A DNA stretch of 64,000 nt, taken from assembly GCF_964355755.1 (NCBI RefSeq), contig NC_092676.1, positions 15,208,871 through 15,272,870 on the forward strand, given 5' to 3'. The position numbers and the translations under genes were made by a program. The stretch is from Antedon mediterranea. Its lineage: Eukaryota > Animalia > Echinodermata. Under the pieces are notes generated by a model that ran no database searches, had not been told where the DNA came from, and saw only the letters and a list, made by a program, of their open reading frames with translations. Numbering within the stretch: the first letter of the stretch is position 1; every line of letters starts with the position of its first letter. Shown in pieces: positions 1 through 53,350 of the stretch.

Positions 1-836
1 TCCAAAACCATTGACTCTGAAGTGTAACCTTATCACTTTCACTCTCTCTCTTCTCTCTCTTAAAAAAATGAAATTAAAAATGAATTTTGTATAAAAAAAT
101 CAAACATAAATCAGTTAAAAATAAAAATACAAAACTTAAAAATAGTATGTTACATTGAACATACACTCATCGCGTTCTAATGGCCTTCAAACATAAATCA
201 TCAAATTAAACATAAAACTCAAGAAACTGTGGCTGATTAGCTTAAAATCAAAATATCAAACTTAATCACTTAAAACTTTAAAGAAACAAATGTGTGTGTC
301 CCGTTGACACAAACTTATCCACAATATATCGTTATCATCACAACTTTATCGATTTAAGCATTTATATTTACAGGTAATTACGATTTCAATCGGTCGGCAA
401 ATTCGACTTTTGTACTCAATGTCAAAAAAATTACAATCAAAAGTACTAAGAAAATCTCCTGTTATTGTATATCAATTAATTAATGCTTGAGATTAACGAC
501 TCAAAGGTTAAACAAAATATTTGTTACAAAATGATTGTCGTTCTTTTTAATATCTCAATATGTCGATCATCAAAATTCAAAGTTAATCTTTATCAAAAAA
601 CTCGTTACAAAATCAATACTTAATCATAATTTTAATTCTCTTTTAACTGAAATCACATTATTATTAAACAAATCTCATCAAATACGTAGACTATGCTATC
701 ATTTAGCAAATGTCGTAATTAAAAAAAATTTCTTGCAAAAAATTTAATCAGTAACTTGTTGCATTATACAAACGTTTTATGAATCGTTTTGGCGATCCAC
801 TTATCGGTATCTGTTTATCATTAATAATCTCTTTAA

Positions 837-1738
837 TCAATTTATCTGTATCGTTATATCTGTCAATATTCCACCAAAATTTGCGATCATTAGATTCGTG
901 TTTTGTTTTATCAGTTTGGCTGAAGTCGGTTTAGAATACGAAACTAAAACTTGGAAATGTCCTGCTTTAAATCTACCTCGGTTTAATGTCATATTTGAAT
1001 CATTAGATGCTGTCATAATTAGATTAGTTTGTTCCTTAATTTGTTCTTCTTTCATTTGGAATGGGGCTGCTAATCCCATGTTATTCTCTACACAGTCAAT
1101 GTAAGGTTGCAAGTTAAGGGGTTCTACTTTAGTTGGATGTGTAAAGGTATCGGATTGCAATTGGGCGGGTGTCCTATCATGTTCGTCTACAAATTCAACA
1201 TTGATTTCGTCATTTACTACATTAATGGTGTTTTGGATTTTCTCGTTATTATCATCAGTGGGTTCATTCAACAATTGTTTAAGTTTTTGTAGATGTGTAA
1301 AATGTTTGCGTTCTTTAGGCGTTCTCATAAAACAGGGTTTCAGTCTGTTATAATTGAATACGTCGCGAAGTATTTCTCCTTTAATCGTTGCTAGGATGTA
1401 GTGTGTTCTGTCCAGTACTTCATTACTAATGGTCCGACCCATTCTGCGGCGATTTTCTTTGAATTTGCCGTTAGTGATGATGATGTTGGCTTGTATAAAT
1501 ATACGAGTTGTCCTACTGAGTAAATTGGACTTTTTTCTAAGCGTTGGGAAATCTTTGAGTTTTGGACGTTTTGTTGTGTTCGCTGTAATTGTAGCATTGT
1601 CTGTGAAATGTTTTGAAATTTCTTCTTGAGATGTTCAAAGTATTCTTCATAGGAATGAGACAATCCTGAAATAGGGTTAAATGCTAATGAGGTCAAACTT
1701 GGAGGTTGGTGGCCAAAAACTAATTCGTAAGTGCACAT
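837..1738 (-). mobile_element. Ty3/Gypsy LTR-retrotransposon pol relic (end of integrase core + GPY/F region), 5'-truncated and frameshifted
   Basis: Two overlapping ORFs join across a frameshift near 1425 to give YELVFGHQP...YSVGQLVYL...KKIAAEWVGPL/EVLDRTHYILATIKGEILRDVFNYNRLKP, the typical Gypsy integrase C-terminal pattern. Bases 1-836 may be its 3' non-coding part. Confidence 0.8.
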
Positions 1739-1945
1739 TTTTTAAAGTAATATCTTTTTTCAATTTACAGACTTAGGCTAGATGCCTAGAAAAATAAACT
1801 TACTTTGTCAAAGAGTTGGAATCGAATATTCGATTCATGGAAGTTGAGTAATTAATTCCCTTTAACCATTATTATTAGATCACCACTCCCTAATTAAATA
1901 AAAGAGAAATTCTGTATTAAAAAAACGCTTTTTGATCATAATTAA

Positions 1946-2648
1946 AGAAGTGATTACACAAGTGCGGTACGATTCTAGGCCTATCTCCACTGTTGTTGCG
2001 GCGTGCGATTTCATAGAAGAATAGCGGCGTTTTGTGTGGATTGTCGAAATAATCAGCCTTTAGTTTATGGTGTTTTTAATATAAAAAAGAATTACGTGTT
2101 AAAATTATAGTTTCTATTAATACATGTACTATTAGGCCTAATTATTAGTCTCTAAACCCATGTCTATTCTAGGCCTAGTAGTGGGTGTGTGTGATGTATG
2201 TGTGTTAGGTATGACACAATCCGAGTAATAAGTCAGCAAAATTAAACAATAAACATTAGGGCCTACACAAAAATACATTTTTTATTCTCGTGGGTCTAAT
2301 CTTCCCATCTCATCATGTGTTCATATACGCACATTTTTAAAGTTCCTTTGAGTACATGCATATTGTTTGATAATAAAATTAATAGCAGAATTAAAAAAAT
2401 ACAGTACACAAATTATACACATTCTTTATTCTTGTGGGTCTAAGCTTTCTTTGGGCTATGTCCAATGAATTACTACTTAGTTTAATGTCTTGCCTAGCTG
2501 TCGATTAGCCTCGACTCGACACATTTTGTGTGAAGAAGAGTGCGCGAAGGCAATCACGTGAATTGACTTAGAATCCTAGGCCTAAACCAAAGAAAGTTCT
2601 TTGCCTAAACTGTAGAAAGTATCGTATCGCAGTTGTGTAATCACTTCT
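1946..2648. mobile_element. Non-autonomous TIR element (~700 bp), Kolobok-like ends
   Basis: AGAAGTGATTACACAAGTGCGGTACGAT at 1946 is inverted as ATCGTATCGCAGTTGTGTAATCACTTCT ending 2648. The left flank is TTAA; the right flank is not. Confidence 0.55.
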
Positions 2649-3478
2649 TGTTGCTATACGCTTGGGTGCACACGGAACAACAAATTTAACTGATGAATTA
2701 TTCATGTTTATTTGTGACGTTTCATGAGGGGGTCCCCAACTTATGTACGAAAAAAAAAATCTCCCCCGCCCCCACGTGTAGGCCTACACACGTGCGCGCC
2801 TACACTTCGCCCTCTAGTGTTTCTAAAAAGACACCTCCACTCAGCAATACAACAAGGTGACATAAATGGTAAGAAGAGTTTAAACCACAGGCTAAACTAA
2901 AAGTTCACAAATATTTAGGCACATTAGTCTACATTTACGCGACGAGCCTAGTTTTAAGTTTTTATCTTCGTCAACCAACGAGCTTGGTTATTATTATTCA
3001 TAGGCTACTAGGACTCGGAGGCCTAGCTAGGCCTAGGTAGACCTATTATTAATTATTAATATTATAGGCTATAATAGGCCTAGATAGGCCTACAATAGGG
3101 GAACCCTAGCTAGGAAAAAAACCGCGAAAACATGGTCACAGTGCATTTATAATAGTAATTTCGGCCGCCGGTTATGGAACTTGGAAATTCATGAAACACC
3201 ATGTGTTCATTTCAGGTATAGCGCACCATAGCCAAGAGATATATTTTTTTCCGTGGAATGAAACTAAACTTTACTTGGTCTATCTTGGCAGCAGAATACT
3301 TTATTTATTAGGCCTAGTGGTGGTGGTATAATAGGAATATATTATTAGGGAGTAAAAAATACTGGGTAAGACACCACCTAGCCTTCAAGCTGTAGTGTGT
3401 GTCATGCGCTGACCAACCAAGGAGTCCGGGGATTCCCCTTTTATAACATGATGTTTGTAAATACACTAGCTAGTAACG

Positions 3479-3615
3479 TTTTTAGTCGCGTGGAAGCGAC
3501 TATAGTTCACTATGTCGGTCGGTTGGTCGGTCTGTCTGTCTGTCTGTCGGTCCGGTATCACTATGCGTTTTATCGCTTTCTGACCTTATCTTGATATCAG
3601 TTTAATCTAGCTAGG

Positions 3616-3653
<38 letters not shown>

Positions 3654-3826
3654 AAAATTAAAAAAATATAAATGTTTTTAAACATTTTAACATTTTTAAA
3701 CATGTTCAGTAATTTCGGTCAGTATAGTTCACTATGGCGGTCGGTCGGTCTGTCTGTCTGTCGGTCTGTCGGTCCGGTATCACTATGCATTGTAGCACGC
3801 GACTTAATGGCTGTTGGCCTTGTTTT
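3479..3826 (+). mobile_element. Helentron-associated non-autonomous element (HINE/DINE-1-like)
   Basis: T-run, sub-TIR AGTCGCGTG, (GTCY/GTCG)n microsatellite, internal ~65-bp duplication (3502-3566 / 3724-3788), 3' sub-TIR CACGCGACT (3796-3804), short hairpin GGCTGTTGGCC, then a T-run. Confidence 0.7.
3618..3651. repeat. (CA)n microsatellite
   Basis: About 17 CA units, inside the HINE-like element. Confidence 0.95.
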
Positions 3827-4172
3827 TTATTAAATTACTAAAAATATAAAACGATTTTTGCTTTGTGTAGGCTACTAAAGTTCAAAACTGTATGAGTTTC
3901 ATATTTGAGGGAATATTACTATTAGTAAAAATATAAATATTTAGCACACATGGTGTGTCATACATATTCAATATTTAAGCCCTACATATTTTGTTCTTGG
4001 TAGCCGTGCCATAAATTTGGCCAAAATGATCAGACCTCCTTTTGTTAGGCCTGTAGCCTAAAAGAAAAAATTATAATTATCATGAAATGCTAAGATTGTG
4101 TGACTGTATATTATTGTAACTACTGCACTGTACTGATATTTTATGGTCACACACAGTACAAAAGTAGGCCTA

Positions 4173-4609
4173 CCGTAAATTTTCTAATTGTAACCCTGGG
4201 TTATTATTCTTTGATTGTTTTTTAGGGTGGGTTACTATTAAAAGGGGGTTACTATTAGAGTAGTGGGTTTACTATTACTTAAATTAGGCACCTGAAAATA
4301 GTAACCCACCCCAACTTTTCCGGTTAGCAACTCATAGCAAAATAATAAAACAGTATGAATAAATTTGTTTGAACTTTATTTTATAAACTCCTAAACACTC
4401 GACCCTCCCCATCCCCAAGATCAACATGCATTATCTCCTAATTTTCAAAATACGGCTGCATCATAAACGACCAGTCTTCATAATGTCATTTTGTCAATAG
4501 TTTTTGTGACTTTAATAATAATTATTATTATAGATTGACTTATATTAAGGTGGGTGTGGGCTACTATTAGTTACTATAATAGTGTGGGCTACTATTAGAA
4601 GATTTACAG
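4173..4609. mobile_element. Tc1/mariner-pogo-type MITE
   Basis: TA|CCGTAAATTTTCTAATTGTAACCC ... GGGCTACTATTAGAAGATTTACAG|TA: imperfect 24-bp TIR, TA TSD, internal GGG(T/C)TACTATTA subrepeats. Confidence 0.7.
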
Positions 4610-5018
4610 TATTAGTAGACCTATGCCACAGCTTAATGCTTAAGTATAATAATAATCATTGAGTTAGCATGTATTTATTCAAATATTGATTCTGGATCAT
4701 CAAAAAGAAATGCTTTACATTTCAATATTTGGTTGCTGCTTCCATACATGCCAATACGTTCATATTTTAGGCTTGTATCCTGGCCAAATATTGTGCTCCT
4801 GTTTTTCCACATTTTCTCCCGTATTACAAAGATAACTGAATTTTGATTAATACTGTATGTGTGGTTTTCTGTATTGAAATAAAACAAAAAGGCTTACACA
4901 CAAGCAAATTTACGATATTTAAGGCATGTACGACCACCAGCGGTCATAAATTTCTGATTTTTTCCTAAACAGAAAGCGGATTCCCCTCACATAGCCTCCA
5001 CGCACGCGATACTGCTTG

Positions 5019-5416
5019 TGACGTCATACACTGCACTCTTACCTCTTGATAATAGATAGAGGGCACTGTTGACCTTTAAAAAAACACCATCTCCTTATTT
5101 TTAAACTTCAAATTTGGCATATTTGTGCTTCCAGTAATCGCTACCGTAATCGCATTAACTAAAACCTTGTAGCACAACCCATGATAAAAAATGCTTATGA
5201 AACCACTTTTGCTAATTAGTAACAATGTTGAAAATATTGAAATGGCTCAGATTCATTGGCAGTGAAATCAACTTTGCTAGAAATTCCTCACTTGCCAGTT
5301 GGTTATATAAAACATTATGTACTACTATTCACATTGTACAGTAATAGACATCTTCTAAAAAAATATAAACTACAGAGAACACAATTAAAAGCTTTCTTTT
5401 TAAATTATATTTTTAG
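5019..5416 (+). promoter_or_regulatory. Putative promoter/5' UTR of the SAP-Cys gene (CRE, TATA, possible 5'-UTR intron)
   Basis: TGACGTCA at 5019-5026; TATATAAAA at 5304-5312; possible GT...pyrimidine tract-AG intron 5341-5416 ending 8 nt before the ATG. Confidence 0.45.
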
Positions 5417-5424
5417 AACACAAC

Positions 5425-6081
5425 ATGTCAAGTTCAAAATTACAGGAATTGCAGAAATTTTCGGTACGTGAACTGAAAGAAAAGTGTCGAGAATCTAAAA
5501 TGAAAGTGGGTGGTACAAAGGGTCAATTGCTTTTGCGTTTGTGTGGAATGGAGAAGGAGAAGCCAAAAGCTAGCCGAAGAATGTCAGTACAGGCAGTAAA
5601 TAAATGGCTTGAAAGAGAAGGAGTCAATGACACCGAAAGGGTAAGCAAGTGCCTCAGAGCAGGAATTCAGAAGGGTTATGTTGGCATCAGTGGAGATAGC
5701 CCCCTTGACAATGTGTTTGCTGAAGGCCAGTGTTCTGCTTGTGGAAATGATATAAAGGCAACAATTCGCGATCTTCTCTATCAACCAGATTATGCTGGAC
5801 TTGACTATGAAGAGGGAGGATTAGAAGCAACTGTGAAATGTCCTGATGGAGATTGTGGTGTAGGTGTGTATGTTACACGCATCTGTTCTGGCTCTCATGA
5901 AATGGATTGTGGTAAATTTCATAACCATTGCACAGCTTGTCCTGGTTTTGGAAAGTGCATAGGGGACTATCGGGAAGAGCATTGCACATCCTGTGGCAAA
6001 CATTTCTTTGCTGGGTTAAGTGGACAATTTCCATGCTCTTGTACCAGATCAGCTTCTGAAATGTTTTTCCCATTTTTTTAA
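5425..6081 (+). CDS. Uncharacterised 218-aa protein: N-terminal SAP-like motif + Cys/His-rich (probable Zn-binding) domain
   Basis: Uninterrupted ORF, more GC-rich than its flanks, good start context (caacATG). LQKFSVRELKEKCRESKMKVGGTKGQLLLRL fits the SAP consensus; 14 Cys follow, including three CxxC. Confidence 0.8.
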   Translation: MSSSKLQELQKFSVRELKEKCRESKMKVGGTKGQLLLRLCGMEKEKPKASRRMSVQAVNKWLEREGVNDTERVSKCLRAGIQKGYVGISGDSPLDNVFAEGQCSACGNDIKATIRDLLYQPDYAGLDYEEGGLEATVKCPDGDCGVGVYVTRICSGSHEMDCGKFHNHCTACPGFGKCIGDYREEHCTSCGKHFFAGLSGQFPCSCTRSASEMFFPFF

Positions 6082-6154
6082 GTTCTGTGTTTGACATGTT
6101 TTTCCCATTTTTCAAGGTTTGTGTTGGGATTATCTGTAAAATCATTTCCATAAT

Positions 6155-7547
6155 TTTGATCAACAAGATTTTGACACTCTACAGTAGTGTTCAACAGAAC
6201 TTTGATACTCTACAGTTTGTTTTCGATAGGATTTTGATCTCTATGAAAGTGGATTATGATACAGTGAAGTTCAACAGGATTTTGATAATGTTTATACAGC
6301 AGGATTTTGATAATGTTTAACAGGATTTTGATAATGTTTAACAGGAATCTCTATGGTAGTGTTCAACAGGATTTTGATACTTGTTTAACATGATTTTGAT
6401 ACTAAACAGTAATGTTCGAAAGTACTTTGATACTCAACATTACTGTTCAACAGGATTTTAATACTTTACAGTAGTGTTCAACAGGATTTCAATCTATACG
6501 GTAGTGTTCAACAGGATTTTGATAATGTTCAACAGGATTTTGATACTCTATATAGTAGTGTTCAACAGGATTTTGATAATGTTCAACAGGATTTTGATAA
6601 TGTTCAACAGGATTTTGATACTCTATATAGTAGTGTTCAACAGGATTTTGATCTCTATGGTAGTGTTCAACAGGATTTTGATAATGTTCAACAGGATTTT
6701 GATACTCTATATAGTAGTGTTCAACAGGATTTTGATAATGTTCAACAGGATTTTGATAGTGTTCAACAGAATTTTGATCTCTATGGTAGTGTTCAACAGG
6801 ATTTTGATAATGTTCAACAGGATTTTGATACTCTATATAGTAGTGTTCAACAGGATTTTGATCTCTATGGTAGTGTCCAACAAGATTTTGATCATATACA
6901 GTAGTGTTCAACAGGATTTTGATCTCTATGGTAGTGTTCAACAAGATTTTGATAATGTTCAACAGGATTTTGATAATATTCAACAGGATTTTGATACTCT
7001 AAAGTATAAGTGTTCAACAGGATTTTGATACTCTAAAGTAGTGTTCAACAGGATTTTGATACTCTAAAGTAGTGTTCAACAGGATTTTGATACTCTAAAG
7101 TAGTGTTCAACAGGATTTTAATACTGTAATGTTCAACAGGATTTTGATAATGTTAACAAGATTTTGATACTCTATATAGTAGTGTTCAACAGGATTTTGA
7201 TCTCTATGGTAGTGTCCAACAAGATTTTGATCATTTACAGTAGTGTTCAACAGGATTTTGATCTCTATGGTAGTGTTCAACAAGATTTTGATAATGTTCA
7301 ACAGGATTTTGATAATATTCAACAGGATTTTGATACTCTAAAGTAGTGTTCAACAGGATTTTAATACTGTAATGTTCAACAGGATTTTGATACTCTACAG
7401 CACAGTAGTGTTCAACAGAACTTTGGTGCTCTAAAGTAGTGCTCAATCAACAGGATTTTAATTTTTTTTAATACTGTAGTGTTCAACAGGATTTTGATAC
7501 TCTACAGTAGTGTTCAACAGAAATTTGATCTCTACAGGATTTTGATC
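6155..7547. repeat. Compound minisatellite with core GTTCAACAGGATTTTGAT
   Basis: Dozens of core copies separated by a few recurring linkers, giving 21-, 30-, 31- and 33-bp units; degenerate at both edges. Confidence 0.95.
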
Positions 7548-9520
7548 AGCCTAAGATTAAAACATACTAATAATCAATAAGGATGTCAGTTTGTATTTTT
7601 TTTTTAATGTGTTTTTAAGTAGTTTTGTATTCTAAACCCAAAGTTTGTATTAAACAGTAACTTTCACTTCATTGAGTTCATCTTCGAGTTCTTTTTTTCA
7701 ATATTCAACTTTTGCTTACATTTAGAATAGAAAACATTATAAAACAGACCTACTGTACCAAGTCTCCTGATAATGATATCACTGTTGGTTCCCTATATTT
7801 TTAGGCATTTTACTGTCAAACAATTTCTCCCAATTATTTTTGAGGAAAAAAACATGAATGTTGTAAATTTTTTATTTAGGCTGTCTATTAGGCCCTGATA
7901 AATTTTCCACCTTTTTGCTACGCCTTGATAGTGCCCAGCATATCCATTGTTTACTATAGTGTAGATACCTACAATTCTTTAATAGCAAGCTCTATAATTT
8001 GACATTTTTATACACTAGTACCTATCTTGTTGGGAAATGCTTTCATAAATCTAATTTCACTATTCCAAGTTGGGACCTCTGAATTAACAACAGAAGGCCA
8101 GATAGCTATCAACCTCTAAAGAACTACCAAAATTAAAGTATTTAATGCCATTTGTATTCTGTAACTTTATTTAAATCTGTTTTTAAAATATTATACACCC
8201 CAATGTACTGTACATCATGTTTTCATTGTATAAACATTCACTTCAATCTTGCATTAATTGAATTTGCATATAAAATTTACAAGTTATTTTCTAATAAACT
8301 TACTACTAGTAAATTGCATGATTTTATTTTAAACAATTCATTTATTATTAGAATTGGTCATGTATATCAAGTAGATTCTTTACATTTTTTTCATTTGTTA
8401 TTACTTTTTACATATACCTTCAACCATTGGGGCATTACATTTATGTTTTAACTATGGCAGTAATTTAAACAGTGAAGCAAATAGTTCCATTCACCTTGAA
8501 ATGTAAAATTAAACAAATTAATTCATGAAATTTTTAATAAATATATATACAATAAATTACATAAATAAAAAAAAATGTAAGATTATTTTACTTCTAGTTT
8601 TTTTATGTTACCATAGAGCATGAAAATAAACCTTCCTTAAAACTACAAATTACAAACAAATGCTTAAGTCTTCTTGCATAAAAATTAAATACTGTACTTA
8701 CCTTTATAAACCATATAATATATTCATCTCAAGGCATAATTCTTACATTTCTAGTTTACAATTAAGAATATATACACTAATTTATTTTACATATTTACAC
8801 ATTTCTAAATATATAATATGGAATTTATTAAGTAGGAAACTAAATTATTTTATCTAAAAATACATTAAATATTTTCTTTTTTTAAAAAACATTCATTTAT
8901 GGAATACATGATATTAATTTAAGATTACAACATAATTTTTTTTTGTTTTCAATGTCTTAAATAATACAAAATAAGGTTAAAGATACTAGTGCTATATAAA
9001 AAAATTAAATTTATTGCTGCCAATAACTCTAGTAAAAGTCAGATTGGTACAATTGAGATAAAATATCAAAGAAAGATAAAACAAAAATGAGTTGATTAAA
9101 CTAAACAAAAGTTATTATTTAAAACCAAACCTTTTAAAGTATCTACCTTATTTATTATGTTTTTGACATAAATTATAAATCATATTTAAATAATGAAAGT
9201 TAATTTCTGACTGTCCTAGACTGTTAATCATTCAACTCATTGAAATATTCTTCCCATTAAACAAATACAAAACATTTATTTGTTTATACAGTAATGCCTC
9301 ATATTGTAATCTGTGGTCCGTTTTTGGGTTTTGAAATGTTTATTTTTTTAGTAGCCTTAAGATACCATTGTAATATTTCTTCCAAGTTACTGCAAGTTCA
9401 ATGTACTAATGTATATACATTATTTCTTACAACCAAACATGCTGACAAGCCTTATGTGAAATTTACTTTCCATAGTGTTTTCAATATTCAAGGTAATAGT
9501 TTATAATAATGATAATACTT

Positions 9521-53002
<43,482 letters not shown>

Positions 53003-53350
53003 TTTAAATAGAATAACAAAAAACGTCAGTGAAAGTTACATTTCCATCGAGTTTTTCTCTGTACAAGTATTTTGCAGCAATACCGCAAGCCGCCGGCTTA
53101 TATACACTCAATCAATTCTAATAATAAGTACTGTACATCACTCGTTCTTTTTTAAATCACGACACTTTCTTTTCACACTGTCAACAAACTAAACGCATGC
53201 GTAGCTGGTTTCTGGTCTTATGCGTATGCGTTCATGCGTATCCTCCATTCAACTGGAATTATAAATTTAAGTGCAGGAACCGCACTGCACCCACAGAATA
53301 TAAAGGTGATTACCGTATGTATTGTGCCCTCTTTAAACGGGAATTACATT
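53003..53350 (-). promoter_or_regulatory. Putative LRP4 5' UTR/promoter
   Basis: CpG-containing segment directly upstream of exon 1; palindrome ACGCATGCGT (53193-53202) and repeated TGCGT motifs. Confidence 0.45.

Noticed and set aside
6474-7446. ORFs MFNRILI... and EHYQNPV... as protein-coding genes
   Set aside because: They follow from repeat units being multiples of 3; the frames break at 31-bp units and there is no independent gene structure.
6155-7547. CRISPR array (repeat begins GTT, with variable intervening sequence)
   Set aside because: The 'spacers' are only 3-15 bp and recur many times, there are no cas genes, and the context is an intron-rich animal genome.
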